From Enoplolaimus lenunculus (taxonomy: Eukaryota): a stretch of DNA of 64,000 bases. Each line of letters starts with the position of its first letter. The stretch's first letter is position 1. Under the pieces are notes generated by a model. It ran no database searches. It was given only the letters and a program-made list of their open reading frames with translations, and had not been told where the DNA came from. Positions 26,521 to 39,000 of this stretch are shown here, in pieces. The translations under genes and the position numbers were made by a program. Location: positions 248,001-312,000 of the forward strand of contig JASANG010000440.1 of assembly GCA_030248215.1 (NCBI GenBank), read 5' to 3'.

Positions 26521-28374
26521 CAACAGAGTTGTATTGAATGGTTTGTGATTATTCTTCAAGTTTTAATGCGGTACACAATAGCTTAAGTGTTTTTACTGAT
26601 CTGAGATTTCAAACTTTAGAGAACTCCAGTTGGATTAGGAATAACGGCCATTGTAAAGAACAGGAGCGGAACAGTATTACAAGCATATTCCTAAGCTGAA
26701 ACCTAAGCCTAAACCAAGCAAAAAATAGTCTAAATGTTTAACCTTTACTCTATTACAGTCAAACAGGAAAATGTTCCGCCACTGATCTTGGGCCGGAATA
26801 AGAGGAAACTTTGTCTGTTTGTTTACAGTTTTAACCGTTTCTCACATTTAATATTTTCCATTTCATATCAAATGTCATTTCAGTGTGAGATCCGATCCCC
26901 AGCCTCACGTGTGGGGACGTTTACGATGACCACTGAGCTATAGGAGCTTGACGCTCGAGTCCGAGGGGCTCTCACGTCTTGTGACGGTTTGGCGCGCATA
27001 TGCGTTAGGGTTGTTAAACACTGCTCACAGTATCTGTATTGCTCGTATATTGTTTCTATATGGTTGCTCTTGGTATACTCTATGAGTAAAAGGGTTAATG
27101 ACCAAAATGAATGAATCATACATTTGTTTCGTGTCATATATTGTAAAAAATTGTACCTTAAATTAATAGTAAATTTTTTGTAAACTTGGTCTAATTTTAA
27201 TAAATTTTGTTCACAGTAGGCGCTAAATTTGACAGTAGCAAGCTCTAATTGGTCTAATATTAAATGTTAAGGTGATCGCTATGAAGTGCTAAAAATTAAG
27301 GAGGACTTGTGGCAGTTTAATTGGCTATCACAGTTAAGAACTTAAAGACAATGCAAGTGTTGAGGCATATTTTGACCACTTCTCTTCGTAACCAGAATGT
27401 GATTTGTAAGCCATTAATTTAAAAAGTAAAAAACTACAAAACTTTAGTAAAACCTTTACGCTTCAGTCAGACTTAGGTCATGTCTCTACAACGCAGTCAA
27501 TAATATTTACAAAACTAATACCAATCTAATGCTAACTATGCTTTGTTTAGCCAAAAACAGCCTATTTTGTACCAAAATTTTGTACAAACGCACCTTAAAA
27601 TTAATTACAGATAAAACAATGACGTAATTATGGGCAAAAATATTAAAGTAATGCTTTAGTGTTTATTTGATGCCAAGTTTATAAACCAAGTTGTCTCAAC
27701 GCCAAACCCACCAAGCTAAAGTATATGACGAACGGAGTCACAAATTCTTTACTGAAGGGTATAACTTTGTTTTAAAGGCTTGTTGCGAACCTTTGCGAAT
27801 GTAAAGATCAGGGGCGGAACAGTATTATAAGCATACCCCTAAGCCTAATCGTAAGTCTAAACGTAAGAATGAGTATATTCCTAAGCCAAAGCAAGTTTGC
27901 AAACTGATTAATTTTTTTCTTTAGTTTGCAAACTGTTATTACGTTACTGCAATGCATTCCTGGCTACGCAAACAAATACGATTCAATTACCCAAAATTGA
28001 ATATTGTTTAAAATTTTATTTTCAAACTGAATTCCGCTTTCCACCACTCTGTCACTCCTTATTGTGGACCCTGCATAAACCGAGTAAAAAATTTGTCTAA
28101 AGCTTAAGCTTACTCTATTGCAGTTTTGTGACCTATGGAAATCAGCCGTGTCCGATCTAATCTGTAGTATATGCGCCAAAGATAAACAGATTAATAGTTT
28201 TAAGTAAGTTTTACTGTAATTGTTTGAAACAGTTTCACTGATACAGTTTGTTTAATTTAAGCTAAATCCTTTTTGAAAAGTTTTCTCGATCATCTAAACA
28301 GCTAGAAAATTAGTTTGATAAACAGGACGGTTTATACAAATAGACAGCGATCAGCTGACATCCCCAAAACTTCG

Positions 28375-28549
28375 GCCCATGTTACTTTAAGGGGCGTCTC
28401 GATTTCTGGTGTTTCCATAAAAGAGTAGGTTTAGATCCTAGATTACTTTTTGCTATGGCTTACGCTTAGGCTTAGGAACACATTTTTGCAACGCTTAGGT
28501 TTAGGAATACGCTTAATCTACTGTTACGCCCCTTAAAGTAACATTGGCC
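28375..28549. mobile_element. MITE family K1 (TIR ggcccatgttactttaaggggcgt) carrying TTAGGC-like repeats
   Basis: Ends ggcccatgttactttaaggggcgt ... acgccccttaaagtaacattggcc; related copies at 54581-54722 and ending at about 47663. Confidence 0.7.
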
Positions 28550-28922
28550 GAAACTTCTATATGTTGCCACTTGTAAGTTGTTTATTTTTTGGCGTCTGGA
28601 TGGTTTGCGTAAATCAATTTCTGTATTAAGCTTGTATATTGGTAGTATACCCCGTATTATCAGATAGCACCTATTATCAGTTTGCGACAAGTTTTCAAAC
28701 TGAGAACCTGGTACAATTGCGGATCTGAAAATCAACACAGAGGGAAACAACGCGAGTGTCGAAAATGCGCAGATTTTCAAGCGTCACCAATGCTGGCACG
28801 TAAAACTACTGATCTACTGTTTACCATCTGAAGATTGGTGCTATATGCATTTGAGAATATGAGCCCAGATTTCCGAAATATCGAACACTTAAAGATCTCC
28901 TCTAGCAAAATGTGCCATAAAT

Positions 28923-29904
28923 ATTTATTGAGCGAAGCTCGTAGTTTTGCAAAGCGTTTTATGTTTTGTACTTGGGGATCGAAAGGTGGATGTCCGTCCG
29001 TCCGTCTGTCCGTCTGTCCGTCTGTCCGTCTGTCTGTCTGTCCGTCCGAAAAGAATCTCAGGAATGGCTGAACCGAGATTGATAAACTTTTATTGTTGAA
29101 ATGCCAATTATCCTGGGGTGTTAACCTCGCATTGGGGTTTTAAAATTTTTAGCCGTTTATTAGCACAGGCTAATTTGCATAATTAATTAAGCCTAAATTA
29201 GGACTTTCCACAATATTTCGCTAATTATTACAGTTAGAAGCAATCTAATTTTCATTAAAGGGTTTTTGGGTGCAAGAAATCTGCCTAGACTGTTTACAAA
29301 CCTCCAAACCGATACTTGAGCAGTTAGCTAATAGATAATTTGCATATTAGCATAGTTTATAAGCCTAAATTAGGACTTTTTACAATATTTCACTAATTAT
29401 TAAGGTTGAAAGCAATTGCGAGAAATTTGAATAAATTGTTTCCAAACATCCAAAACCGATAATTGAATAGTTAGCTAATAGTTAGTTTGCATATTATCTT
29501 AATTGACAAGAGGAAATTAGGACTTTTTAAATTATTTCAATAATTATTACGGTTTACTCAAGGTTTTGTGGTGCGAGGAATATGAATATATTGTTTACAA
29601 ACGTCTAAAATCGATAATTAAGTAGTTAGCTAATAGATAATTTGCATATAAGAATAAATGATAAGCCTAAATTAGGTGTTTTTACAACGCTTCACTAATT
29701 ATTAGGGTTACAAGCAAATAATGGGTTTTCGGGTGCGAGGAATCTAAATAAATGCTCTACAAACTTTTAAATCCGAATATCGAATAGTTAGCTAAGAGCT
29801 AATTTGCATATTTGCTTAATTGACAAGACAAAATTTGCATATTATCTTATTTGCTTACGTGTGTTCAAGCTTCGCTCAATAAATGTAGTCCCACTACGTC
29901 TGGT
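28923..29904 (+). mobile_element. DINE-1/HINE-like non-autonomous Helentron-type element, long copy
   Basis: Sub-terminal IRs tttattgagcgaagct / agcttcgctcaataaa, (GTCC/GTCT)n microsatellite at about 28992-29047, internal degenerate tandem units of 140-180 bp, and a 3' stem-loop gtagtcccactac. Confidence 0.75.
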
Positions 29905-31782
29905 AGATAAAGTATTAGAAAAATTTCTCACAAACTATGCACTGAGCACTGTTTACCGCACCTACAAAATGTATAGGCAATGTTATACTTTGCGGAGTCG
30001 GAAAAGCAGCATAAGCATATTCCTAAGTCTAAGCCTATTAAAATCCTAATAAGTGGTAACATGTCGTCCAACTTTGTGCAATGCACAAAAGTGTTAGCAA
30101 ATGCATTTTTAAAATCTGCATGCAAATTTTCTAATTGAACAATCCCAACCATGTGCTATGAAACTACTGTAAACAAAGTACGCTGGGAACTGGTCCAAAA
30201 CACGTATGTGTGGTATTCCAGCTGTAATTATATAGATTTTAAAACCGCAAAAGGGTTGCAGAATAGTGACGTTGACGTTACACATTCTACATCGAACTTC
30301 TCATAGCTTGTTCACACAAATTGTAGGCATTTCTATGCTAAATGGAATCAAATCTTCGTAATTAGACTGTGCACACAAAATAAATTGTTTTTATTCAAGA
30401 AATATTGTCTGAAATTAAAGACAATTACGTATTGATACAGACTCCAGACATATATATGTCTTGAATTCAAAACTTTTATTTCTTAACTTTTAACTTTTTC
30501 AGAAATAATGGTCTAAAAGTTTTCACGCTTAAACGTCTTAAATTTAATACTTTGTTTTATGAACAATTAAGAAGAAATTTTCTGAAATATAAGACAATTA
30601 TTTTTGAAATATAAGACAAACATGTCTTAAAACACAGAGATTTGCCATGGAAACCGACTCTAAAATGGGGGCTAATGTTCAACCCAATACTCTAATTTTA
30701 CACACCAGTTGCGGCGAGCCTGTGCTCATCCCGTATTATGTGTTAACCATTTTAAAGACGAATTTCTTTCGTTGCTTAAGGTTATTAATCTCTGAAATAC
30801 AAGACATTTATGTTTTGAAAATTTAAAGAAAGTAGGAGTCTTGAAATTTAGAGACAATTTATTTTGTGTGTCTCCGTAAAAAACAAGTTCCCCAACGACA
30901 AAATCGAAGCAACGAAACTAACAGTAGAATAATTTTGCTTGAAATAAAAACATTTTCGTTGCTTTCAAACGATTTTCGAACACAAAAACCTTCATCGATT
31001 TTGTTCAGGTCTTTTCCGTTAATTTGTTCTCACAATTGGTATTTTGTTCCACAAAAGGCCGGATTTCGAAATTTTGTTGTTGCTTACTCGCTTGCCGTCA
31101 TCATTCGACGCACAAATTTGAATTTTTGAAATATTCGATTTTTACGGTCTTCGCTTCGTTTTTGGCACCGAAATATTTTATTGACAAAAAGTCAAACAAT
31201 TTCTGTTTATTGTTCGTTGACACTGCTTGCGAAGCTGAGTTGAATGGTGTTAAATTTTACACAATTAACCCAACGATTACGCGTTTGCTTGGTATGATTT
31301 GAGCAAAATTGGGATCCATAAAAATGACAACGCTCATTGCGTCCTGGTAATGAAATCATCTGTTTTTATTTATCAAAACAACAAATGCGAGAAACTTTAC
31401 TTTTATTTTTTTGTTCTTTAAATGTTTTTATTCAATTGCTGGCTTTTTAATTTCAGTATAAATAAATTACATAACTGTTTATGTCAGCACAGGTACACTT
31501 GAGACAGATTTTGACAATTTTTGCATGCGGGGTTTGTGTTTCGAATGACGTAAACGGAAAACCATATGTATATATTCCATCGTGAATCGAATTTAACTCC
31601 GGCTGAGTCAAATTTGACTCAGTTTGTGTAGTCAGGAAAAGCCTATTTCGGAGATAGTCAATTTGATTCACCGTTTTTTGCAGTGTAGTAAAGGAATCGA
31701 GTAGAAAATTAAAACACAATTTTAAACATTTTTTGCTCTTCAGACAATTTAATATACATAAGGTTTCTGTAAATCATACGTT

Positions 31783-32470
31783 AGCGATGAGCATCGGATA
31801 TTTTCCACAATATCCTGATATCCGACAATTTTTGCAGGATATTTATCCAGATACCCGTAAATAAATTTTCTATTTCCGATATCCGATACTTGATTTTGTA
31901 CTTTTTTAAATTCCTAACCTCAATTTTCAACATGCAACTGCTTCAATTGTTCTGATTATTCGGTTAGGATAATTGCTTATGGTGACCTGTCGTGTGGCAG
32001 TGTCCGATACCGTACAGCACAGTAAGTTAATAAAGTTTGTTTGTGTTTCTTGTAAAGGTAATTAATTTTACCACTTGGTGTTGCGTATTTGACGCAAATT
32101 TTTCACTAAGCTAACTTTGAGATATAATTTAGAAATACGAAGTCATTTTACAGATAAATATCAAGCAAAACTGAAGTTTTTGAATTTTGGCAATGTTTTT
32201 AGAAATCAAGATTTTAAATCATCACGGAATAATCGTGCAGGAATTTCGTTCAATAACTTGACTCGGTTTTGAATACAGAATTTCGTTTCGACAGCTCCAG
32301 CTATAATTTAGTAGTGAAGCAATGCAAATTGTTTCAAAAAAAATAAATACACAATAACATTTCGGATACCCAGCGGCTATCCGGATATTCGGATACACGT
32401 TTTTTCCGGATACATATCCGTATGTTTTGCAAATCCGGATATTTTCCATATCAGGACACCCGGTGCCTAA
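31783..32470. mobile_element. Degenerate hAT-like MITE with atatccgg sub-repeats
   Basis: Starts tagcgatgagcatcggatat, with atccggatat clusters at both ends; same architecture as 44743-45605. Confidence 0.5.
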
Positions 32471-32878
32471 ACCAAATATAGACGGTACTCTAAAATGAAT
32501 CGATTGTGCAATAAAGTATTATAAAGCGCTTGTTGTTTGTAAAACGCCAGTTTTAGCATTAATCTAAATTAATTCTCAAAATCCGACAAATGTTTTGTAT
32601 TTTGGACGCGTTTTTAAGCCTTAAAACTAATAAATTAAGCAATAGTTTCACACTGAATTTAAACTGAAGAAAGGTTTACAAGCTGGTTTGTTGAGATTCG
32701 ACTGAATGAACAAAATAGCTAAATTTCAATTTGGTGTTCTGAAATGTTACGGTTAGTTTTCATACATGGCTTCATACAAATGTTTCCTTTTTCCAGGTTC
32801 AAGTAATTTAGCGTCAAGATTTCCAGTAAAGTTACATCTCTCGTTCCAAGACAGACGCATTTCAAATTTAAATCATAT

Positions 32879-33190
32879 TTAATGTTCAACTATTCGTATT
32901 CGATTTGTTCCCTGATAATTTTCAATTTCATTGGCCAAATCCGAATTCAAATACAATTCCACTAAACCGTCGTTGAATTTCCGCCGAATGAATTTACCAA
33001 TGTGTGCTGTAGGAGCGCTTTGATGCCAATTTTTGCTAATTCGTTTTGATTCGTGCGATCTTAAGCCGTTTCTAGGACGAGATGCTAATCGCGGTCCGTC
33101 ATTGGTTGAAACGATTGCAAATGCGATTGTTGGCGTCCAAATAGCGTAGCTCAAAAGCAGACTCACTATCAGCGTTTGATACCATTGCAT
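32879..33190 (-). CDS. Possible small secreted protein, or the first exon of one
   Basis: ATG followed by a clear signal-peptide-like segment (MQWYQTLIVSLLLSYAIWTPTIAFA); possible donor G|GTAAAT at about 32997; no downstream exon established. Confidence 0.4.
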   Translation of the reverse strand: MQWYQTLIVSLLLSYAIWTPTIAFAIVSTNDGPRLASRPRNGLRSHESKRISKNWHQSAPTAHIGKFIRRKFNDGLVELYLNSDLANEIENYQGTNRIRIVEH

Positions 33191-36032
33191 TATTTTAGTA
33201 TATCCTATTTACGATATATTTCCTAATATTACAGTATTAGCAAGAGTGGATGATTACAAGAGTGTGCAACTTGACATGGTTGCGTCTGGTCGAAAAATTC
33301 GGTGCGTTTTGAAATACTCGTCTAATTTAGGGGGTCGTTTTTACAGTTACACGTTGAAGTTTACTAAAAATATGAGCAGACCACTTTCCAGCGAATACAA
33401 CACCATATGAATTTCAATCTCGAGAAATTTGCCAACCCCCATTCTTAAATAAAGATGGGTATTAAAGCTAAAAATGTTACGCGCGCTGGGTACATACATT
33501 TCTACACATAATGTGCTTAGTTGCACTACCTTGTCATATCGTAAACACCCACTCTTGATATTAATAGTTTTACGTGCCGTTTAGTGTTAACAGTAATTAT
33601 TGTTTATATTGTCGACTTTAAACCTGGGGAATCAATTGTAATAGACGTATCCGGGTGATTTCAGAGCCAGACCCTCGTATTGTATTCGAAGTGCAGACCT
33701 CGAGACAAGTTCAACAACAGCATTAGCAGCAGTCGTCCGTTATGAATATTTTTTGTTTTGTCCGACACCTGTTTTCGAAGTTATACGAAAACGGGTTTCA
33801 CGAGTGAGCATCGGCGTCAATCTATTTCAAAAGTAAGGGTTGTATTCTGTAAAATTTAGACATGATTACACTTTCAACGACAAGTCTGTCGCCACTCTTA
33901 TCGTTTACCAAAATTTTTTCTATCGCTTACAAAATTTATATACGTATGTGCTAACTGTTGATATGTATATGTTAGCATGTAGCGTTCCGTTTTCACAATA
34001 AACAGCTTCAATTAGTTACTAGAAAACAGCTTTAATGGTCTTGATTTTCATTTTTAATAAAAAAATTAACACTAAATTAGCTGCGCTAAATTAGCCATGT
34101 AACGCAAAAAATGACACATTTTAAATCAGTGCAAAACATATTCCTCAGTTTAAGCCTCCTCAGCGTAACCAACACGAGTCTAAAACAAAGCTTAAGCCTT
34201 AGCCCAAACAAAAATAGTCTAAAATTTAAGCCTACTCTATTGCGGTATAGTGTCGAGAAAGCAGGGTTCCACTAAAAATATCATGGTTTTGGTGTTTCTA
34301 CAATTAACCGTACTATATCTCAATGTGGTTTTTCCTTTTTCGAACGTAAAATGACTCATGTATACACAGTTTGAGGAAAGGGCTACATTCGATAGAATTT
34401 CAGCTGCAATCAGTCAAACCTGATCAAAGTAAACCAAATCAACTCAATTTCAGGTGACCAAGGCATTACAGCCAAAAATATGCACCAATTGCATTTTCAA
34501 GCTGTAATTTAATCGCAGAGAACGCGTAATTGCGAAGCAAAAATAATTTCTGTTTTACGTGTTTAAAAGTTACAAAATAACATTACAGATAGGAATTAAG
34601 TTCGTACAATGATGATTGTAACGAAAATTGAAATATTGCGTCGCTTTTCAGAATTTAATAATTTTGAGCAAAAATTTAATGTCTTAAATAATTGAATATT
34701 TGAATATTTTATAACAATTACGATGAGATATCAATTGCGAGGCAAAAACTTATCTTTTCATCTGTCAACTGCAAGCTGGAATTACTTTTCGCTTAATAAA
34801 CTCATATTCGTTGTTGCTGTTTTTGACAGTTTTATCTGTATATTTTTTGTTCAATAGTTTCTATTACCCTCCAGATGGGCAACGAATCAATTCGTACAAT
34901 TGTGGGTTCATTTCAAACGAACATTGTTCGATATGCAACGGAAGTTTTCAGCCAGAAGTAGCGCCTATATTCTCAAATGTGTATAGCACGTATCATCTGT
35001 TACTAATAGGTTTTCAAACAAATGAACTGCCACTAGAAGTCAAACTCGGCTCACTGGTAGCATCAATCAAAGCCAACATATTTGCCAAATTTGAAATCAT
35101 GGATTGGTTGAATCGAAATTAACACCCACCAACTTGTTTGTAGTAAAATCTATCAGAACCGGATCAAATGGTAACGCTAATGCTCAGGGGTAAAGTTGAA
35201 TTTTTGAAATGATTAATTTTCACTGCCATCTTGGAAATTGTCTTCTTTTTAGGTGCTGTTCAGACAAATTTTAGGAACTTAAATTTTTGTTTCAAAATTA
35301 CAAATTAAATATTTCAACATGAGAACATTTAGAAAATTACACATTTGTCTAAACACAATTACAGAGTTTAACTCAGGACCGTAAAACGGAAGTGTAAGCG
35401 TATTCCTAAGCTAATAAAGCTAAGATTATGCCTGGGCATAAGTAGAACATAGTCTAAAGCCTAAGCTTAATGCTCAATATCCGGGTCAAAAATGGTATTG
35501 AAAATTTGGGGCCATGGCACAAGTAACTAGGAACATTTAGCAAAAACGGTTCTTGCATATACAATTCAACCACAGGCTCTGACTCTGGCTTAGTAAAAAA
35601 ATGTATCTAAGCCTAAGCCCAAATATTTCCCTAAGACTGAATTTAAGCCTAACATAAAAATGTGGAAAAAATTGTACGAAAGCCCAAAAAATATCGAGTC
35701 AAGGTTTAGGCGTAGGCTGTCGCAGACACTTATCATATGAACACGATAGTGTTCATATATATGATTCGCGCTTCTCAAGCGCGTATTTTCAGTTTAGTTC
35801 GCATGTTGGTGCTCAAGTAATATCAGACCTGTATCGTTTAAATTTTGTACACTGGTATCCTGGTAAGTAGGGAATATTTGTGCCAAAGGATTTTGCAAAC
35901 CAGTGTGGTCTTCAATAGTTACGGTCAAAAACTCCTTACAGAAAGTGCACGAAATTTTTCATTTTGGTTCAACACTTTTTACACGTTAGCTATGTAATTT
36001 TACGATTATAACTTTCACCACTTTATAGAGCT

Positions 36033-39000
36033 TACGGTTGGTTTCACCCAAACGTTTGGTTTCACCCCAACAGTTGGTTTCACCCCAACGGTTGGTTTAA
36101 CCCCAACGGTTGGTTTCACCCCAACGGTTGGTTTTACCCCAACGGTTGGTTTCACCCCAACGGTTGGTTTTGCCCCAAAGGTTGGTTTTGCCCCAATGGT
36201 TGGTTTTGCCCCAACGGTTGGTTTTGCCCCAACGGTTGGTTTCACCCCAACGGTTGGTTTCACCCCAACAGTCGGTTTCACCCCAACGGTTGGTTTTGCC
36301 CCAACGGTTGGTTTTGCCCCAACGGTTGGTTTCACCCCAACGGTTGGTTTCACCCCAACAGTCGGTTTCTCCACAACGGCTGGTTTCACCCCAACGGTTG
36401 GTTTCACCCCAACGGTTGGTTTCACCCCAACGGTTGGTTTTGCCCGAACGGTTGGTTTTGCCCCAACGGTTGGTTTCACCCCAACGGTTGGTTTCACCCC
36501 AACGGTTGGTTTTGCCTCAACGGTTGGTTTTGCCCCAACGGTTGGTTTTGCCCCAACGGTTGGTTTCACCCCAACGGTTGGTTTCACCCCAACAGTCGGT
36601 TTCACCCCAACGGTTGGTTTTGCCCCAACGGTTGGTTTTGCCCCAACGGTTGGTTTCACCCCAACGGTTGGTTTCACCCCAACAGTCGGTTTCTCCACAA
36701 CGGCTGGTTTCACCCCAACGGTTGGTTTCACCCCAACGGTTGGTTTTGCCTGAACGGTTGGTTTTGCCCCAACGGTTGGTTTCACCCCAACGGTTGGTTT
36801 CACCCCAACGGTTGGTTTTGCCTCAACGGTTGGTTTTGCCCCAACGGTTGGTTTTGCCCCAACGGTTGGTTTTGCCCCAACGTTTGGTTTCATCCCAACA
36901 GTCGGTTTCACCCCAACGGTTGGTTTTACCCCAACGGTTGGTTTCAGCTCAACGGTTGGTTTCACCCCAACGGTTAGCTTCACCCCAACGGATGGTTTCA
37001 CCCCAACGGATGGTTTCACCCCAACAGTCGGTTCCACCCCAACGGTTGGTTTTACCCCAACGGTTGGTTTCACCCCAACGGTTGGTTTCACCCCAACGGT
37101 TGGTTTTGCCCCAAAGGTTGGTTTTGCCCCAATGGTTGGTTTTGCCCCAACGGTTGGTTTTGCCCCAACGGTTGGTTTCACCCCAACGGTTGGTTTCACC
37201 CCAACAGTCGGTTTCACCCCAACGGTTGGTTTTGCCCCAACGGTTGGTTTTGCCCCAACGGTTGGTTTCACCCCAACGGTTGGTTTCACCCCAACAGTCG
37301 GTTTCTCCACAACGGCTGGTTTCACCCCAACGGTTGGTTTCACCCCAACGGTTGGTTTCACCCCAACGGTTGGTTTTGCCTGAACGGTTGGTTTTGCCCC
37401 AACGGTTGGTTTCACCCCAACGGTTGGTTTCACCCCAACGGTTGGTTTTGCCTCAACGGTTGGTTTTGCCCCAACGGTTGGTTTTGCCCCAACGGTTGGT
37501 TTCACCCCAACGGTTGGTTTCACCCCAACAGTCGGTTTCACCCCAACGGTTGGTTTTGCCCCAACGGTTGGTTTTGCCCCAACGGTTGGTTTCACCCCAA
37601 CGGTTGGTTTCACCCCAACAGTCGGTTTCTCCACAACGGCTGGTTTCACCCCAACGGTTGGTTTCACCCCAACGGTTGGTTTTGCCTGAACGGTTGGTTT
37701 TGCCCCAACGGTTGGTTTCACCCCAACGGTTGGTTTTGCCTCAACGGTTGGTTTTGCCCCAACGGTTGGTTTTGCCCCAACGGTTGGTTTTGCCCCAACG
37801 TTTGGTTTCATCCCAACAGTCGGTTTCACCCCAACGGTTGGTTTTACCCCAGCCTCAACGGTTGGTTTCCCCCCACCGGTTTGCTTCACCCCAACGGTTG
37901 GTTTCAGCTCAACGGATGGTTTCACCCCAACAGTCGGTTCCACCCCAACGGTTGGTTTTACCCCAACGGTTGGTTTCACCCCAACGGTTGGTTTCACCCC
38001 AACGGTTGGTTTTGCCTGAACGGTTGGTTTTGCCCCAACGGTTGGTTTCGCCCCAACGGTTGGTTTCACCCCAACGGTTGGTTTTGCCTCAACGGTTGGT
38101 TTTGCCCCAACGGTTGGTTTTGCCCCAACGGTTGGTTTTGCCCCAACGGTTGGTTTTGCCCCAACGTTTGGTTTCACCCCAACAGTCGGTTTCACCCCAA
38201 CGGTTGGTTTTACCCCAACGGTTGGTTTCACCCCAACGGTCGGTTTTGCCCCAACGGTTGGTTTTGCCCCAACGGTTGGTTTTGCCCCAACGGTTGGTTT
38301 TGCCCCAACGGTTGGTTTCACCCCAACGGTTGGTTTCACCCCAACGGTTGGTTTTGCCTCAACGGCTGGTTTTGCCCCAACGGTTGGTTTTGCCCCAACG
38401 GTTGGTTTTGCCCCAACGGTTGGTTTCACCCCAACGGTTGGTTTTGCCCCAACGGTTGGTTTCAGCTCAACGGTTGGTTTCACCCCAACGGTTGGCTTCA
38501 CCCCAACGGATGGTTTCACCCCAACGGATGGTTTCACCCCAACAGTCGGTTCCACCCCAACGGTTGGTTTTACCCCAACGGTTGGATTCACCCCAACGGT
38601 TGGTTTCACCCCAACGGTTGGTCTCACCCCAACAGTCGGTTTCACCCCAACGGTTGGTTTCACCCCAACGGTTGGTTTTGCCCCAACGGTTGGTTTTACC
38701 CCAACGGTTGGTTTCACCTCAACGGTTGGCTTCACCCCAACGGTTGGTTTCACCCCAACGGTTGGTTTTACCCCAACGGTTGGTTTCACCCCAATGATCG
38801 GTTTTACCACAACGGTTTGTTTCACCTCAACAGTTGGTTTCACCTCAGCGGTTGGCTTTACCCCAACGGTTGGATTCACCTCAACGATTGGTTTCACGCC
38901 AACGGTTGGTTTTACCCTAACGTTTGGTTTCACCCCAACAGTCGGTTTCACCCCAACGGTTGGTTTTACCCCAACGGTTGGTTTCACCCCAACGGTCGGT

